In this document: in pieces, positions 25,101-37,700 of the stretch
How the letters are laid out: the number at the start of each line of letters is the position of its first letter
Numbering within the stretch: position 1 is the stretch's first letter
Assembly: GCF_002571385.2 (NCBI RefSeq)
Contig: NW_019218058.1
Coordinates: 331,193-391,844 of the forward strand
Length of the DNA stretch: 60,652 bases
DNA from: Stylophora pistillata
Taxonomy: Eukaryota
Direction: 5' to 3'
Position numbers and translations under genes: made by a program
Notes under the pieces: generated by a model
The model's database searches: none
Seen by the model: only the letters and a program-made list of their open reading frames with translations
What the model was told of the DNA's origin: nothing

Positions 25101-27440
25101 GTTCTAACGCCTCCCATAGCACACTGGATCCTCTCACAATGACAACACCACTTTCATAAATGGCTGCCGGATTGATATTCTTTTGTTTAAATTAAAATTA
25201 GCCTTTCTGGCCTCGTTCTCCAGTTCAAAATTCAAAAGAATGCATTATCTCAAGCGAGGCTAGGCTTATTACAACTACATTCAATACGGAAATCTCGCCA
25301 CCAAAAAAACGTTAACATACCCCTGCAGCCTCGATGTAGTGTCCCTATACATCTCAATCCCCGGAGGCCATCACTAATGCTGTTGACCGAATTCAGACCC
25401 CAATATTCCACCTCTCCAAGCAAGACATTATGGATCTTCTCACAGTTACATTAAACAACATGTACTTCTCTTTCAATGGCCAAGTCTTCCGCCAAAAGGA
25501 AGGTCTCCCCATGGGTTCAAGCATTTCAGGAATTCTGGCCATTCTCTATATGGACAAACTTGAAACTATCGCGCTTTTCTCACACCTCTCCATAACCCCT
25601 TACAAGAGATATGTCGACGACATCTACCTACAATCAACTAACGAAGAAATGGCAGACCAATTCCACCGCACAATAAACCTGCATCCAAAATTGAAGTTTG
25701 AAACTGAGAAACCGGAAATAACACCTAACGGTCACCAGTTGTCGCTACTAGACTTCGAAGTTACCATCTCTAAAGACGGCAAAAGCTCCTTTGAGTTTTA
25801 CAAGAAAAAAGCTAAAAAAAACCATTGTTCGTACACCATTAATTGGCTTAAGTGACACTTTTCTCCCTTTTATTCGGCCCTCGCGGAATATTTTATCTTA
25901 TCCGTCCCTGATGAAGTTGTTAAGTGGCGAAAGCTCGGACTTCTACAATATTTTACAGTAATTCAAGGCCACATTAGTGTTTTTATTGTTTTTCCCAAAA
26001 TGTTACTGAAGGACAACATTCAAAGATTGATGAACAGCAAAGATTGACGAACAACCTCATGTTGGGTGTGCTCTTGCTAAAATCCGATCCTTTAAAATCA
26101 TTATCTGCTTATTTTAAGACAATGAGATCATAACCGCTGCGAAAATGTAACAGTTTTGTCTTTTTTTTCATTTTTTAGTAGTTTCATATGCTCATTAGAG
26201 CGTTGATGAATCCATTCTATCTGCCCTCCGTTAGATTAAACGCGACTCCTGGGCTCCGGCGCTGAGTTACATTAATATTCTCATTCTTTCACTTGCTGGC
26301 TGGCTTGATATAATTTTTTTCTCGCATTTAGAAAACACCCGTTACTTGGTGGTGGATTGTGGAGGGGGTACAGTGGACCTAACGGTACATGAATTAGACT
26401 CACAGACCGGTACCTTACAGGAGCTCCACAGGGGCACAGGAGGGGCCTGTGGGGCCACTGGCGTAGACGAACAGTTTGAATTGTTGCTCAAGAAAATCTT
26501 CGGGAAGGACTTCATTGAACAGTTTAAAAATAAGCGACCTGCAGGTTGGGTCGACTTAATGATAGCTTTTGAGGCAAAGAAACGAACTGCGAGTCCAAAC
26601 AAGACAAATCCACTGAACATTTCGATGCCGTATTCCTTCATCGATTACTTTAAAAAACACAAAAGCTCAAGCATTGATTCAGCAGTCAAAAAGTTTGGAA
26701 ATCCAAACGTGAAATGGTCTTCGCAAGGAATGTTGAGAATTGCGCCTGAAACCATGAAAGAACTCTTTGATCCCGTGTTGAGCAAAATTGTCGAACACGT
26801 CAAGGACCTCATAGGTCGAGAAAGTGTTACGGGTCTAAAGTTTCTCTTCCTTGTAGGTGGATTTGCTGAGTCGCCGTTACTTCAAGTTGCTTTGCGCGAA
26901 GCGTTTGAGTCAAGTATGAAAGTAATTATCCCCCAAGAAGTCGGGCTAACAATTCTCCGAGGCGCGGTGCTCTTCGGATTGGATCCCACTGTTGTCCGAG
27001 TTCGGCGGGCTGTCATGACGTACGGAGTCGGAGTCCTCAATCGATTCATTGTCGGAAAGCACCCAAGAAGCAAACTTGTGAAGAAATCGGGGGTCGAATG
27101 GTGCACCGATGTGTTCGACAAATTTGTAACTTCCGACCAGCCATTGAAACTTGGAGAGAGTGTCACGAGAAGTTATGCGCCTGCCAAATTAGGACAAACT
27201 TCAACAATAATAACAATTTATTCCACAGAGGAAGAAAACGTTAGTTTCGTCACAGACCAGGGCGTCAAGAAATGTGGACAGTTGCTTCTGGAGATGCCAG
27301 AGGTGGAAAACACTGATACCAAAAAACCGAGAGAGCTTAAAACGAGTATGATTTTCGGTGATACTGAGATCAAAGTTGCAGCTGTGGATATTCTGTCCGG
27401 CAAGGAAGCGAGAGCAAGCATCAATTTCTTATCCCTATGA
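13163..27440 (+). CDS. HSPA12: Heat shock 70 kDa protein 12-like (HSPA12A/B family), 4 coding exons
   Basis: Exons 13163-14239, 15305-15526, 22744-22918 and 26332-27440 are phase-consistent. Diagnostic motifs: [95 protein letters not shown]. Confidence 0.95.
16830..16994 (-). CDS. Candidate nested microprotein 1 (54 aa, N-terminal TM helix): [54 protein letters not shown]
   Basis: ATG at 16994 in context GACATGG; TGA at 16832-16830; acceptor-like ctacag about 15 nt upstream; aligns with three neighbouring small ORFs. Confidence 0.7.
   Translation of the reverse strand: MVVFECLVFGSIAAVVVSELYLLKKLFTENNFPRIHNDTSTPITSLFSSRSEYA
17856..18020 (-). CDS. Candidate nested microprotein 2 (54 aa): [54 protein letters not shown]
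   Basis: ATG at 18020 in context GCCATGG; TGA at 17858-17856; acceptor cttacag|GT near 18161; paralogous to the other three. Confidence 0.72.
   Translation of the reverse strand: MVFVEVFVIVTVAAVVGIEAFVLRKICKGEELPYFKHGPFFISRGEALALMASK
19860..20012 (-). CDS. Candidate nested microprotein 3 (50 aa): [50 protein letters not shown]
   Basis: ATG at 20012 in context AACATGG; TAA at 19862-19860; acceptor cagcag|GT near 20143; shares MVxVE...[DE]xxxLRKxCxGxE with copy 2. Confidence 0.72.
   Translation of the reverse strand: MVLVELVVLGTFTVLVFLDVHMLRKLCEGKEYRVHVNSKYNLAGDGSYLL
20883..21050 (-). CDS. Candidate nested microprotein 4 (55 aa): [55 protein letters not shown]
   Basis: ATG at 21050 in context GGTATGG; TAA at 20885-20883; strong acceptor tttcccacttgcag|G at 21239 and donor G|GTAAGT at 21658; shares DxYLLKR-C-xGEE. 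Confidence 0.7.
   Translation of the reverse strand: MVVVTAVFLGVIVAGFSVLDIYLLKRCFGEEQNQQDNTEPYAQVFPVTIPYFSAR
23167..23205 (-). ncRNA. Minimal type I hammerhead ribozyme motif in Penelope 3' UTR (core variant CUGAUAA)
   Basis: Minus strand reads UCCG-ucc-CUGAUAA-u-GCCGU-uga-GCGGC-GAAAGCUC-GGA, with stem I, stem II and the palindromic AGCU minimal helix III. Confidence 0.75.
25901..25939 (+). ncRNA. Minimal type I hammerhead ribozyme motif in Penelope 3' UTR (intact core, decayed stem II)
   Basis: TCCG-tcc-CTGATGA-agttgttaagtggc-GAAAGCTC-GGA. Confidence 0.75.
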
Positions 27441-29109
27441 AAAAGGGCGGAAGATAAGGAAACAATCCGCAAATTAAATGCTTGATTTGGTTTAATCAAC
27501 TGAGTTGATTGTGCAAATTGGCCAACGTAAAGACTTACTGCTGATGTTGATGTTTTGAACGTCAGCCCCCTAAAGTCGACTTCGTCAGAGCGAAAGACCA
27601 AGGTCGAAACGTCAGCTTTCTTTTTACAGCGGCCAGTTTAAATTAGCAATTTAGTTGATAAAAACAAATTATCTTGCTACATTCCCCACCGATGCAGCAC
27701 CACAACTGCTTCAAATCCTACCCTCTTAATTCATTTTTTGTATTTAAAATAGTTTTTGCTTTAACACTGGGAAAATTAGTAAATGTTCGAATGGAAGGCT
27801 TGTTAAGTTTTATATAAAATTGATGTAGCAAATGAAAACCAGGGTGCGCGAAAATTTTCAGAACTTCATCTCATTTGAATAATTTATCAATTTCTAGACT
27901 GTACGGTATTTTTAAATGAAATACCTGGATTTGATAAACCCACAAACCTTACATCAAAAGACAAAAGAAAAGATTCGCTTCTTACGTAAAGGAAATAAGA
28001 AAGATGATAAAATTTTAGCCCGGTGGTGGAATAAAGAGGCGCTTTGTTCGTCTCGTCACGAGTGTGTAACAACGAAAACCTCCAGTCACCTTTTACAACT
28101 GATTTGAAAGGCAATATTTGAAAAACACTTCAAAAGGAGAAACAGAAAAGAACACAGTATTGTTGCATAGGAAGTCTTAATTTTAGTATGAAGCCAAGGA
28201 AGAGTCTGTAAAACGTATTTAGTTTTGATACTTGGTTAGCATAAATGATTTAGATGATTTGTTTCCACCCTCAGCTCTCCTGCTTTTTAGAACTCCATGG
28301 CGTGCAGTGAATAAAAAACTACATTTTGCATTTCATGGGAACAATACCTTCCACTGATTATTCTCTTTGTCATCAATTCCATTTTCAAACCTTTGTTACG
28401 AAGTAGTATCATTTTAATTTTATGTGGTCAAACTCAACACCGCTTGATGATTATTGATTTCTTGCAGAGAAAAGCCAAGTGCTGTTTGTGCCGTATTAAA
28501 TTTCCCTGATTACAGTTGGTTCTTAAATATTCTCTGAGAAATTGAATAACTGTGATCAGAAAGTCAAAATATTTTTCATGTCCTCAAATTTGTCTCTTGG
28601 ATACTAGACTGTAGCTAAGTTCAGTTACTATTTGAGATCAAGCTCTCCTTAGTTCCACTGCCACCATTGAAAAAATTAACTATTGCATTTTATTTAACTC
28701 CTGATGTCATTGCTGAGCTTAAAAGTGGTTTCCATCAACACAGAAACATAAATTGGTGTAACCCTTTCAATCGTCAGCAAAGAAACCCTATGTTTTTCAT
28801 TAAATTTGTTTGTGAACTGATAGTTGTAATTTACATCATAAATAAGAATACTTCATGTTATCAATTAAAACCTTGCATTATGATCTCTCCAAGCTTCTTT
28901 CAATAATGAGGTTGTTTCTTCAGCTAAATTCTTTTATAGAATTTTTTAATTCTAGCAGCAAAAGATGTTTTAGTATTGTCCTTATTAAGCCATGCACTTT
29001 CTTTACCCTTGCATAACATGACTAGTATAATAATATGCCCTGGTTTTCTGCTAGGCTCTCTGTCACTCTTATTTTACAGCATATGATAAAGCAAGCTGTT
29101 GCATGGCAC

Positions 29110-31262
29110 TTAATCAAAGTCTGGAATGTCTTCAAATGAGTATCCCCTATAACCTTTCCATGCATAGTATGCTATTCTGACATGATAGAAGCCTGGGATG
29201 AACATTAGAGAACCAAGGATCAACAATGGATAAGTCCGATCAGCATACTGAAAAGGTAATTAAGAGAGAAGAAAAGTCAAGATAAAAAGAGGTGCTAAAC
29301 AAACAATAGCACAGTAGGTTTAAATCTCAACTGAGTGAGTTTTCCACTTGCACTAAGATGAAATTGTGATGTAAATGCTTTAACCGCATGCAAATTCACA
29401 AGAAATCAAACCCATCAATTTAAGGCATTTGTGACCTGTCTCCTAATTATTTAAAATATAGGGCTGGTCTTTTAAAGCCCACTTTTGGCACATTCCAACA
29501 AAACTTAGACAAGCTAATAGAAGAGAACTTCATTATACTGCTGGCTCTGCAAGTGGGCAAGATAAAGTGAATCCTGCAATCTGACATGCTAGCCAAGCAG
29601 GTAAGTTTGCCAGTTTGGGTTTAAACCCTTTGATTCCCAAAAAAAAAAGAGAATGAATATATATAGCCCATTTACAGACTCGCTGACCTCTTGTGAACTT
29701 AAATTTGTAGTATGAAAAGACTTTCCCAGCTATTTTAGCATCGATAGATTCAACAAAATGCCTTAAAAAATTCTCAAAACTAATTTTCACGGGAATGTGT
29801 AGAAGCTACAGGAGAGAATTAACAATAAGAATCCAAGCAAATTGCATCCTATGCAACACATGAAATTGATGGGTTATCACTTGTAAAAACAGTACACACC
29901 TTCACATCAAAATATCCTGTGAAAAGTAGTGATCCAAACACAAGTAAGAGAGTTCCCACAGAAAATAAGAAAACTGCCAGCATCAAGGCTTTCCAGGGTA
30001 CCTTTGGGGGAGGCTTTCTAAACTAAATGCAGAAAAAACATTGTACACATCATTTTCATTACTTTGTAAATTTAAATCAAAGAGTTGCTGGTAGAGGTAA
30101 GTTTTCCAACTCAAACCATAAGGAAAGGTGCAACCCTCTAACCAATGAGTACAGTTGACTGCCAACAACTATCACTTGGCTCTGATGATGACTTCCCCAC
30201 AGTCACCACTTCTGACAACAGTCCTTCTCAGGACTACACTCAGCTGAATGATCATCAAACTACACTACCACATGTTACCCCTGGGTTCAAACCATTTACT
30301 GCACATGAAATTGTGTTATAAGTATGCATAAATAAACCCGAGCAGTCAACCAGAATATGCAACAGTTTCGAAACTTTCACCTGCTTGTGGCTCAAAATTA
30401 TAAATTATGCAGAATTTAAGCAGAACCAAAAATATTACCAAAAACTTATAAAATAAGGAAAGAGTTCCATATAACCCCATACATTAATTATGCATTCCAT
30501 TTCATACCCTGCGAGCAGAGTCTTTTCTTCTTTTCTTCCTTTTAACCCTCCAAGGGAAAAGGCTCTGCCGACATCCTGTTGTTGCTTTGAAATGCTGAAA
30601 GCCCAAAACTTTGGGCTACCCAAGCCGGTTTTGCCTCCAGTCAAACCGGTTTTAGTGCACACGCCTTTGTTTTTCATGTGCACAGATGACCAAATCTGCA
30701 CCCACAATAGTTCAAGGGGGCCTGGAAAAGGATTAATTTCTAGGTAACCACCGCGCAAGTTCAAACGAGCAACAACAGGATGTCGGCACAGCCTTTTTCC
30801 CTTTTCGATTCGAGGACGGGTTAAAAAGGCTCTGCTCGCGGGGTATCCATTTCATAAAGACTAAATATTAAGGTTTCTTTGCCACACTCTATGCATAATT
30901 AATGTATGGGGTTATATGGAACTCTTGCCTAAAATAATACAACAAAACAAAATCACAAAAAAACTGCAGGTGACAAATTAAAACGTAACAATGTTTTGTA
31001 GTCAAGGAGATGATTAGTACCGCGAATGGTGTCCCAACAAAACTATTTCTTCAAACTAAATTCGTTCTTATTCCACGGGGTTGCGAGTTAATTTATTTAC
31101 TTTATTTGTCTTTTCGTCTCTTACACGGGTCCTGACCTTAACCTTAAAGCTTAATTCGAATTATAAAGCTGAAAAAGTGTTACAAACCTGCGCGTCAATG
31201 TAGCCATCATCGTCAGAAATCTTTTTATACTTCACTTTACTTCTAATAATCGTTGTAGGCAT
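29110..31262 (-). CDS. TMEM230: Transmembrane protein 230 (111 aa, 3 coding exons)
   Basis: Exons 31262-31188 ([25 protein letters not shown]), 30022-29900 ([20 protein letters not shown]...GYFDVK) and 29247-29110 ([45 protein letters not shown]), all phase 0 GT-AG. The C-terminus matches the TMEM230 signature. The spliced product is not in the ORF track. Confidence 0.95.
30505..30845. mobile_element. 341-bp MITE with 9-bp TSD nested in an older palindromic element (approx. 30455-30930)
   Basis: TIRs taccctgcgagcagag / ctctgctcgcggggta; tccatttca on both flanks; outer inverted repeat gagttccatataaccccatacattaattatgca. Confidence 0.85.
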
Positions 31263-31783
31263 ATTCTAACGCACCTAAATTAACTGAAGGCCCAGCTACT
31301 CGTTGATAGCCCGTGGTAAATAAATGCCAGATCGAAAGTTCTACATACAGGAAATACAGAATACAAACGAAGTCTGTAGATTGTAACCTCGCCTTCAAGC
31401 CGAATCAGCAGCAGAAGCCCTGGGTACGAAATAATCAGATCAGACAAAAAAAGTGAAAAAAAAAGGACATAGTACAACCTTTAAGACATTGGAATTAGAT
31501 TTTTTAGAATTTTTACAGTAGCTTGAATGATAGTACACCACTTTCCAGTTAATTTCTTGACGAATATCTTAGTTCGCTAAAATCTCTTGTTTGCCGATGT
31601 TGTCATGGTTCCTGTTGTAAACATCAAGTAAACTTCGAGGTTCCGTGAGCTCCATATTTGGCAAGCTGAGCCCACGAGCGTGAGAAAGTTGTTTGGGAAG
31701 AACGTAATTTTTCTGATTGTTAGAAATATTTAATTTTTTTTACATCCATTAAGAGTATTTTTGTTGATCCAAAATAGAGAAGG
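31263..31783. promoter_or_regulatory. Probable bidirectional promoter between TMEM230 and the EVC-like gene
   Basis: The divergent ATGs are only about 520 bp apart; promoter activity is inferred from layout. Confidence 0.55.
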
Positions 31784-34700
31784 ATGGACGGGGAATGCCT
31801 TTCTGTTACCGTGGTGGACAGGGTGACAAAGTTCGATACTCTTGGTGGTTATGTTTTCTTGGTGTTTCTGATATGTCTTATCATTGGGTTCATTCTTGGT
31901 CTTCTGTTAGCGCGATGCATTCTAAGGGAGTTGGAGGTAAAGTTTTTCTCTCATTTTTCATATAATAATTTTCTGCTTATGTCTACACATATCCTTCATT
32001 TATGTGGAATGTGTCTTTTAAGTCGTTTAAAGTGGTTTGCTTATTATGATTATCTTATTTGAAAATGGTATGTTTGTAAAAGGTTTATTAAAGGCTTTGG
32101 TAAATGAGACTATTTGGGTACGAATTCATGTAAGAAGTAAGAAATGTCGCAGTGGAAATCGTTACTAGAATATATATGTAATCTTTGACTCATCATTTCG
32201 CTTAAATCTCTATTATTTACTATAATTTTGCAAGCTATTATTTCTACCATGATTACTAATAATTATCATCGTTATTATTATAATTATTTATTATTATTTT
32301 GATCACAGATGTAATAAGAGGGCCCCCTATACTTCTCTGTAAAACTCAGTCTTGTAAATATATTTAACCTTTTGATGCATCAAGAATAATATCCAAAAAA
32401 TCTTTCACGTTAACGAGAAATTTTAAACAATCACGTCGATTCGATGCTTTACTTTTTCTATTCTTGACTAGAGAGGACATTATTTCTTATCTTAATTTTT
32501 CAAGAACCACTTGTGGTCTGTTTTATGACTTCTATCAATCCATATGAAGTCCCTGTACAGTCAAAAGATTGATATAGAGAGAGTTAAGTGTATCATGGAG
32601 TAAGTCTAGTTTTAATTTGTTCAATAAAGTTTGGTCTAGCTCATAAAAAACTGTGTGGTAGAGTACGTAACATAAGGAAACATGGACTCACCCAATTACA
32701 TAGATTTACATGTACTCTGATTTTATACAATTTAGGAGCAATATTCCCAAAGGAGAAGTAAATCACAAACTGAAGCAATTCTTATTGAAGTAGAGAGTGA
32801 AGTTAAAATACAAGAGACATCTGGAAAGGTAAATACTTGAATTTTATATAGTAAATAACATACATTATTACACGACTCGGGCAGTCAGAGGGCCAATAAC
32901 TAAAATTAACCAATCAAAATGCTCTATTGCCGGTCCAATATTCTCTAAGTATTGGACCGGGTACTGTCCCGAATGGTCCCGAATGATACCGCACTTGTAT
33001 CCCTTTAAACTTCAGTCGTATAATAAATCTCTTATTAACCAAGCTTGCTCGGGACCGTAATGGAAGAATATCAGCACTCGGTCTTTTTTGTACCTGACAT
33101 CGCTACGCTCGGTCCGTACTGTCAAGTCCTCAGGCCGATATTTTCCCAATACGGCCCTCGCGCTTGGTTAATAAGATATATGTATCAGTTAACTGCTCTG
33201 AAATTGGTTAATGGACTTTATTGAAATTGTCAAATCATTAAAGCACTGAAGAACAACGTCAATAGGGATGTGTATGGTTAATAATTCTCAGTAAGTGTTT
33301 TGTTTTATAATCTTCAACTTCTCTTTACCTTTGTATGTAAACTGCACCTAAGAAAAACACTAGTCAAGGTTTAATTCAAGGCAGATTTGAAAATTATGAG
33401 TGATGCATGTAATTCTCAGCAGTTAGAGTGTGTCTTAGCCATTTTGGCACACATGTATGTCTTTTTTGACGTGTAATATTGGGTGATTGTGAAGAAGAGC
33501 TCCCCAAAAAACCTGTCGGCCAACTGTCGGCTGTTTGTTGGTTGACTGTTGGCAGACAGTTGGCCGTTTGTCAGCCTACTTTTGGTCGACTGTTGGCCAA
33601 CTGTCGGTCGACAAATGGCCAACTGTCAGCTGACAGTTTTTCGACAGTTTTAGTCAAAAGTGTCGGCCGACAGTCGACCAACAAATGGCCAACAGTCGTC
33701 CGACTGTTGGTGACCTGTTGGTGGAGTGTTGGTAACTTGTCAGTTACAACGTGCCGTAAACTGTACCTTATTTAACCATAAAAGGGAATCGAAAAGATAC
33801 GCTACGTACTGTATGGGAAACTTTAGTATGTACAGTCGTTGTAGAAACCAATCCTAGCACGAACACCACCAAGAACAGCCAAATTTTCAACGTGTTAACT
33901 ACAATCTCGCTACGAGTTATTTGTCTGCCATTTTGAAATGTGTACCTAGGTCCCAGTCCCCCTCCAATTAACTAGTAATTTTGAAGTTGAAATTATTGAC
34001 TAATTTATTATGCTTTAATTATGTTGCAGATAAGTTAAATTGTTTTTTACTGTTGGTCATTGACTTTTGCAAACTTGGTGGCTCCTAAAGGAGCTGTTTC
34101 TTGAGAGCAAAGGCAACCCCTCCACTCATATCCTGCTAGTTAATCATCTCAGAAAGAAATCTTTTTACCATCGGTCAATAAGTAGGCTAAGCTTAACTCA
34201 TGTTTATCGGGACTATTATAATTTCTGGGTCATGTTTAATTACTGCGTGTTTTCACACACAGTAGCTTGTCAGTAGCTTGTTGGTTAGCTGTCAGTATAG
34301 CCAGTGTTTGTAACCTGTCAGTAATCTCTCGGCCGACAGTTGACCGACAGTCGGCCGACAGGTTTTTTGGGGAGCTCTTCTTCACAATTACCCTGATGAT
34401 TAGTTTGAGTGGATGATATTTTATGATATAAATTTTAATTTACCTGTGATGTTTAAAATAACAACTGCTCCAATTATGTCAAACCAGTTATTTCTATTGT
34501 CTCTTTTTTATTTAAAATAATGAGATTCCTGTTGTCATTATAATGTTCTCAGAAAACAATAAAATGTGTAAGAAAGCCATTGATAATTTTTTTTTTTATC
34601 ACATAACTAGAAAATGGGTAGTAACAGGATAGCTCCAATGCCTGTGTCAACCAAAAATACAGCTGATGTTGCTATAGAGATGGAACCAACCCACCTTAGC

Positions 34701-37700
34701 ACCGGTAGTCTTCACAGTCAATCAGCTTGGACAGGAAAACAAGATAGCAACAACTCATCAATTGCTTATGCACTGAGCAAATCTTCAGGGTAAATTTGGT
34801 TCCTGAGGAAGGGTTATTTTTCAACTTGATTTAATTTATAGAAGTTTAAAAGTAGCACAATGATGCAATTAGTTGGTACCAGTCAGTGTAAATCTCTTTG
34901 CCTAACTTACACATCTAAAGAGCATTCAAGCTGCAATTATGATAGCTTTCACCAACATCTTAGGACCTCAACTAGGTTACTCTCAGGGGGTGATTAAAGT
35001 GTAACTTCTCTTTACAAAATCAAGTAGTTTTGTCAACAAACAGGTAATGAAAACTTGTACACATTTGTCAAATCTATCAGCCAGGGGGGATACTCCTGAT
35101 ATAAAGTCAAATTCATGAACAAATGCTCAAGGAGATGCACATGCAGAAGATAAAAGAGAAAATCACTGATCGGATCTTGGAATTAAAATATTAACTGAAA
35201 GTTTGACTCCGGCTATAAGTGTTTTTGAATAACTGTACAATCATGGTAAATATTTTGACATTGGCATTGCAATGACATCTTGTAAAACATTCCTCTGAAA
35301 ATTATAATCTTGGAATGATCATAACAGTACCTAAATAATCCCCTCCTTCCTTAAGTAAATAAAATGTTTTATCTTGAGGGATGTTTTGTGATAATTATTT
35401 GTCTTTAGAGAAGAGATGGAAGTTGAAATTCAAAAACAAGATTTCAAGTCAATTGAGGAAATGGAAACTAACATCCATCTACAGAAGAGTGAGGTGTGTT
35501 AGATCATATTTTCTTCTTGAGATCAAACAGTTAAGATTTTTTATTCATAAATAAAATGTTTGGGACTAAGAAATGCTGCGAGAGATCACAAACTGAAACA
35601 GATATTATTGTTTTCTTCACTTTAACCCTTTTAAGCTCCTAGGAGTGACCAAGACAGGTTTTCTCTTCGCAACATCAATACAATATCTGAAGTAGAAAAG
35701 GGTAGGAGACAAGGGGATACTAGTTGATCCACTACCAATTCCTCCAAACTAACATCAAAGACATTTATGGCAGTCAGTGAGGAGATTTAATAATTAATCA
35801 AAATAAATAAGATTATGGGAGTGAAAGCTGGGTCAATCATTTAACATTTTTTGTCCAGATCTGTCTTCTTCAGTGATGTATGTAAGTCTCTGATGAATTA
35901 TTAGAGGAATTTTTAATTTATTGTTAAAAATTTGCTTTCCTACACTCTGTTGTTGATCTATAAAATTCATGTCAACCTCTCAACCAATCAAATGTAAAAC
36001 TAAAACCAATTTTAACTCATGATCAGCCACTTGCATTATCCTCTTCATTCAATCAAAAAGGACTTCTGGGAACAATCTAATCACTATAGTCTTGTATTTC
36101 ATAATTTCCGCAGACATTCCTACAGTTGTTGAAAATGATTTTGAGTTTCTTGATGAGCAAATCCAGAATAAGTGAAGGGTTTCGAAGAGATTCTTTGGCC
36201 AAGTATGAGCAGGTATCATAGACATCTCATTTTTTTTTATTTACACATGATTTTATATGTAGGTCTGTTTTCTTTCAGAGACTTTCAAATATCTATTAAA
36301 AGGGATAGGTGCTATATGGTAACCCAAAAGTCAAAAGATAGGTGCACAATAAAAATAAAAGTTACTTTTTGTCCTTAGATTACTTTCCTCTTAACATGCT
36401 CAAGCCTACCAATAAATTTGTGCCTCTTTTTTGTAGGCAATTGAAGACATAGACAGGAATGCTAATGAAGAGATGAAGGTTGAAGAACAGGTAGTCTGTT
36501 GAGTTATACTCTAATCTTTGGTAGAGTTTTGCTGTTATTTTGTGGCTTGGCCTTGTAAAGAAGTAGTTAAGGGTTCATCTTTCCTAATTAAGTTACAGTA
36601 GCAGAACTATAATTACAGAAAAGAGGAAACATTCTCCTTCTAATTTTAATTGTTTGGGTTTGCTGTTTGTTTTTTTGCTTTATTTCTTTGGATTAAAATT
36701 CTCCCTATAATTTTTACATTATTCATAATAACTAGCTTTGAAAGATTAGGTTACAAACAGCTGTATGTTTCTTAACAACCACAAGAGGCTGACAGACAAG
36801 AATCATATAGTAAATTAACCTTCAAAATTTCAGCCCCTTGACACTTTTCTCTTCTTCAGACACCTGTTTTTGTGATTGAAATAATTAACTTTAACCATAA
36901 AATTGATACTTACTTATTGTCAATAGTATTACTAGTCACTATTGTTTGAAATTGTCTGTTGCAAACCAAAGTAAGATAATCAAGTCAGAACAATTTATTA
37001 TAAGATAGTTGTTTCTTAATAGATATTTTCCAAAAAATTTCCAATTAAAGGAACTTAGAACAACCATTGTGGATCCCATGGAGCTTGATCAAGCAATAGA
37101 GGGTCTGCATGCTAAGTACTCTAAGAGAATGGTGGGTATAAATTTATTCCTAATGAGCTTATACCACTAGATTTTTAAGTATTTACAGTGATTTTTTGAG
37201 AGAGATTTGTATTCTCAAGAAAAAAAAAAATATTTATTTGTGAGTTAGGAAACTCTAGTAAGTGCTGGCACATTTGACACTGCAATGCAGAACAAAACCT
37301 GCAGTGTGACATTTTAAAATTATTTTTGGACATCAAAAATAAATTTTAGCTTGACTTTTACCAAAGATTTTAAATTCCTTCATCTGTGTTGTATAATTTA
37401 ACAGGCTACAGAAAGAATGGAACTTCAGGAGAAACTGAGAACAGATCTCTTGCAGGACACTGAACTGTCAGAACAAGAGGTGAGTTGGAGTTTGGTATGA
37501 AGCAATCACCACAATTAAAGTTTGCAGGATTGACATATGTGCCACATTGATACTGTCAGTGACTTTTGTGAACATCATAGACTATTCTCTGTACATCGAT
37601 AACCTCCTTTTCTCCACTAGCCTAATTGTGACTGCTTAATGGGGGTTTGACAATTTATATTAGACAACTTATTCCTCTGTTAATGAAAGTGAGATGACCA

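Larger units (their letters stand above)
23113..25991. mobile_element. Decayed, rearranged Penelope-like retroelement (RT + GIY-YIG endonuclease) forming a large inverted repeat in HSPA12 intron 3
   Basis: The minus arm encodes RT motifs ([27 protein letters not shown]) and a GIY-YIG domain ([29 protein letters not shown]...LFEAFYI...PTIN). A near-identical plus-strand RT copy lies at approx. 25265-25848. The same 3' UTR is found at both outer ends. Frameshifts in an A-run and an in-frame TAA indicate decay. Confidence 0.92.

Noticed and set aside
33479-33775. Short quasi-regular repeats and a 98-aa ORF resembling a CRISPR-like array or repeat protein
   Set aside because: They are subterminal repeats of a TIR element, with no unique spacers of constant length, in a eukaryotic context.
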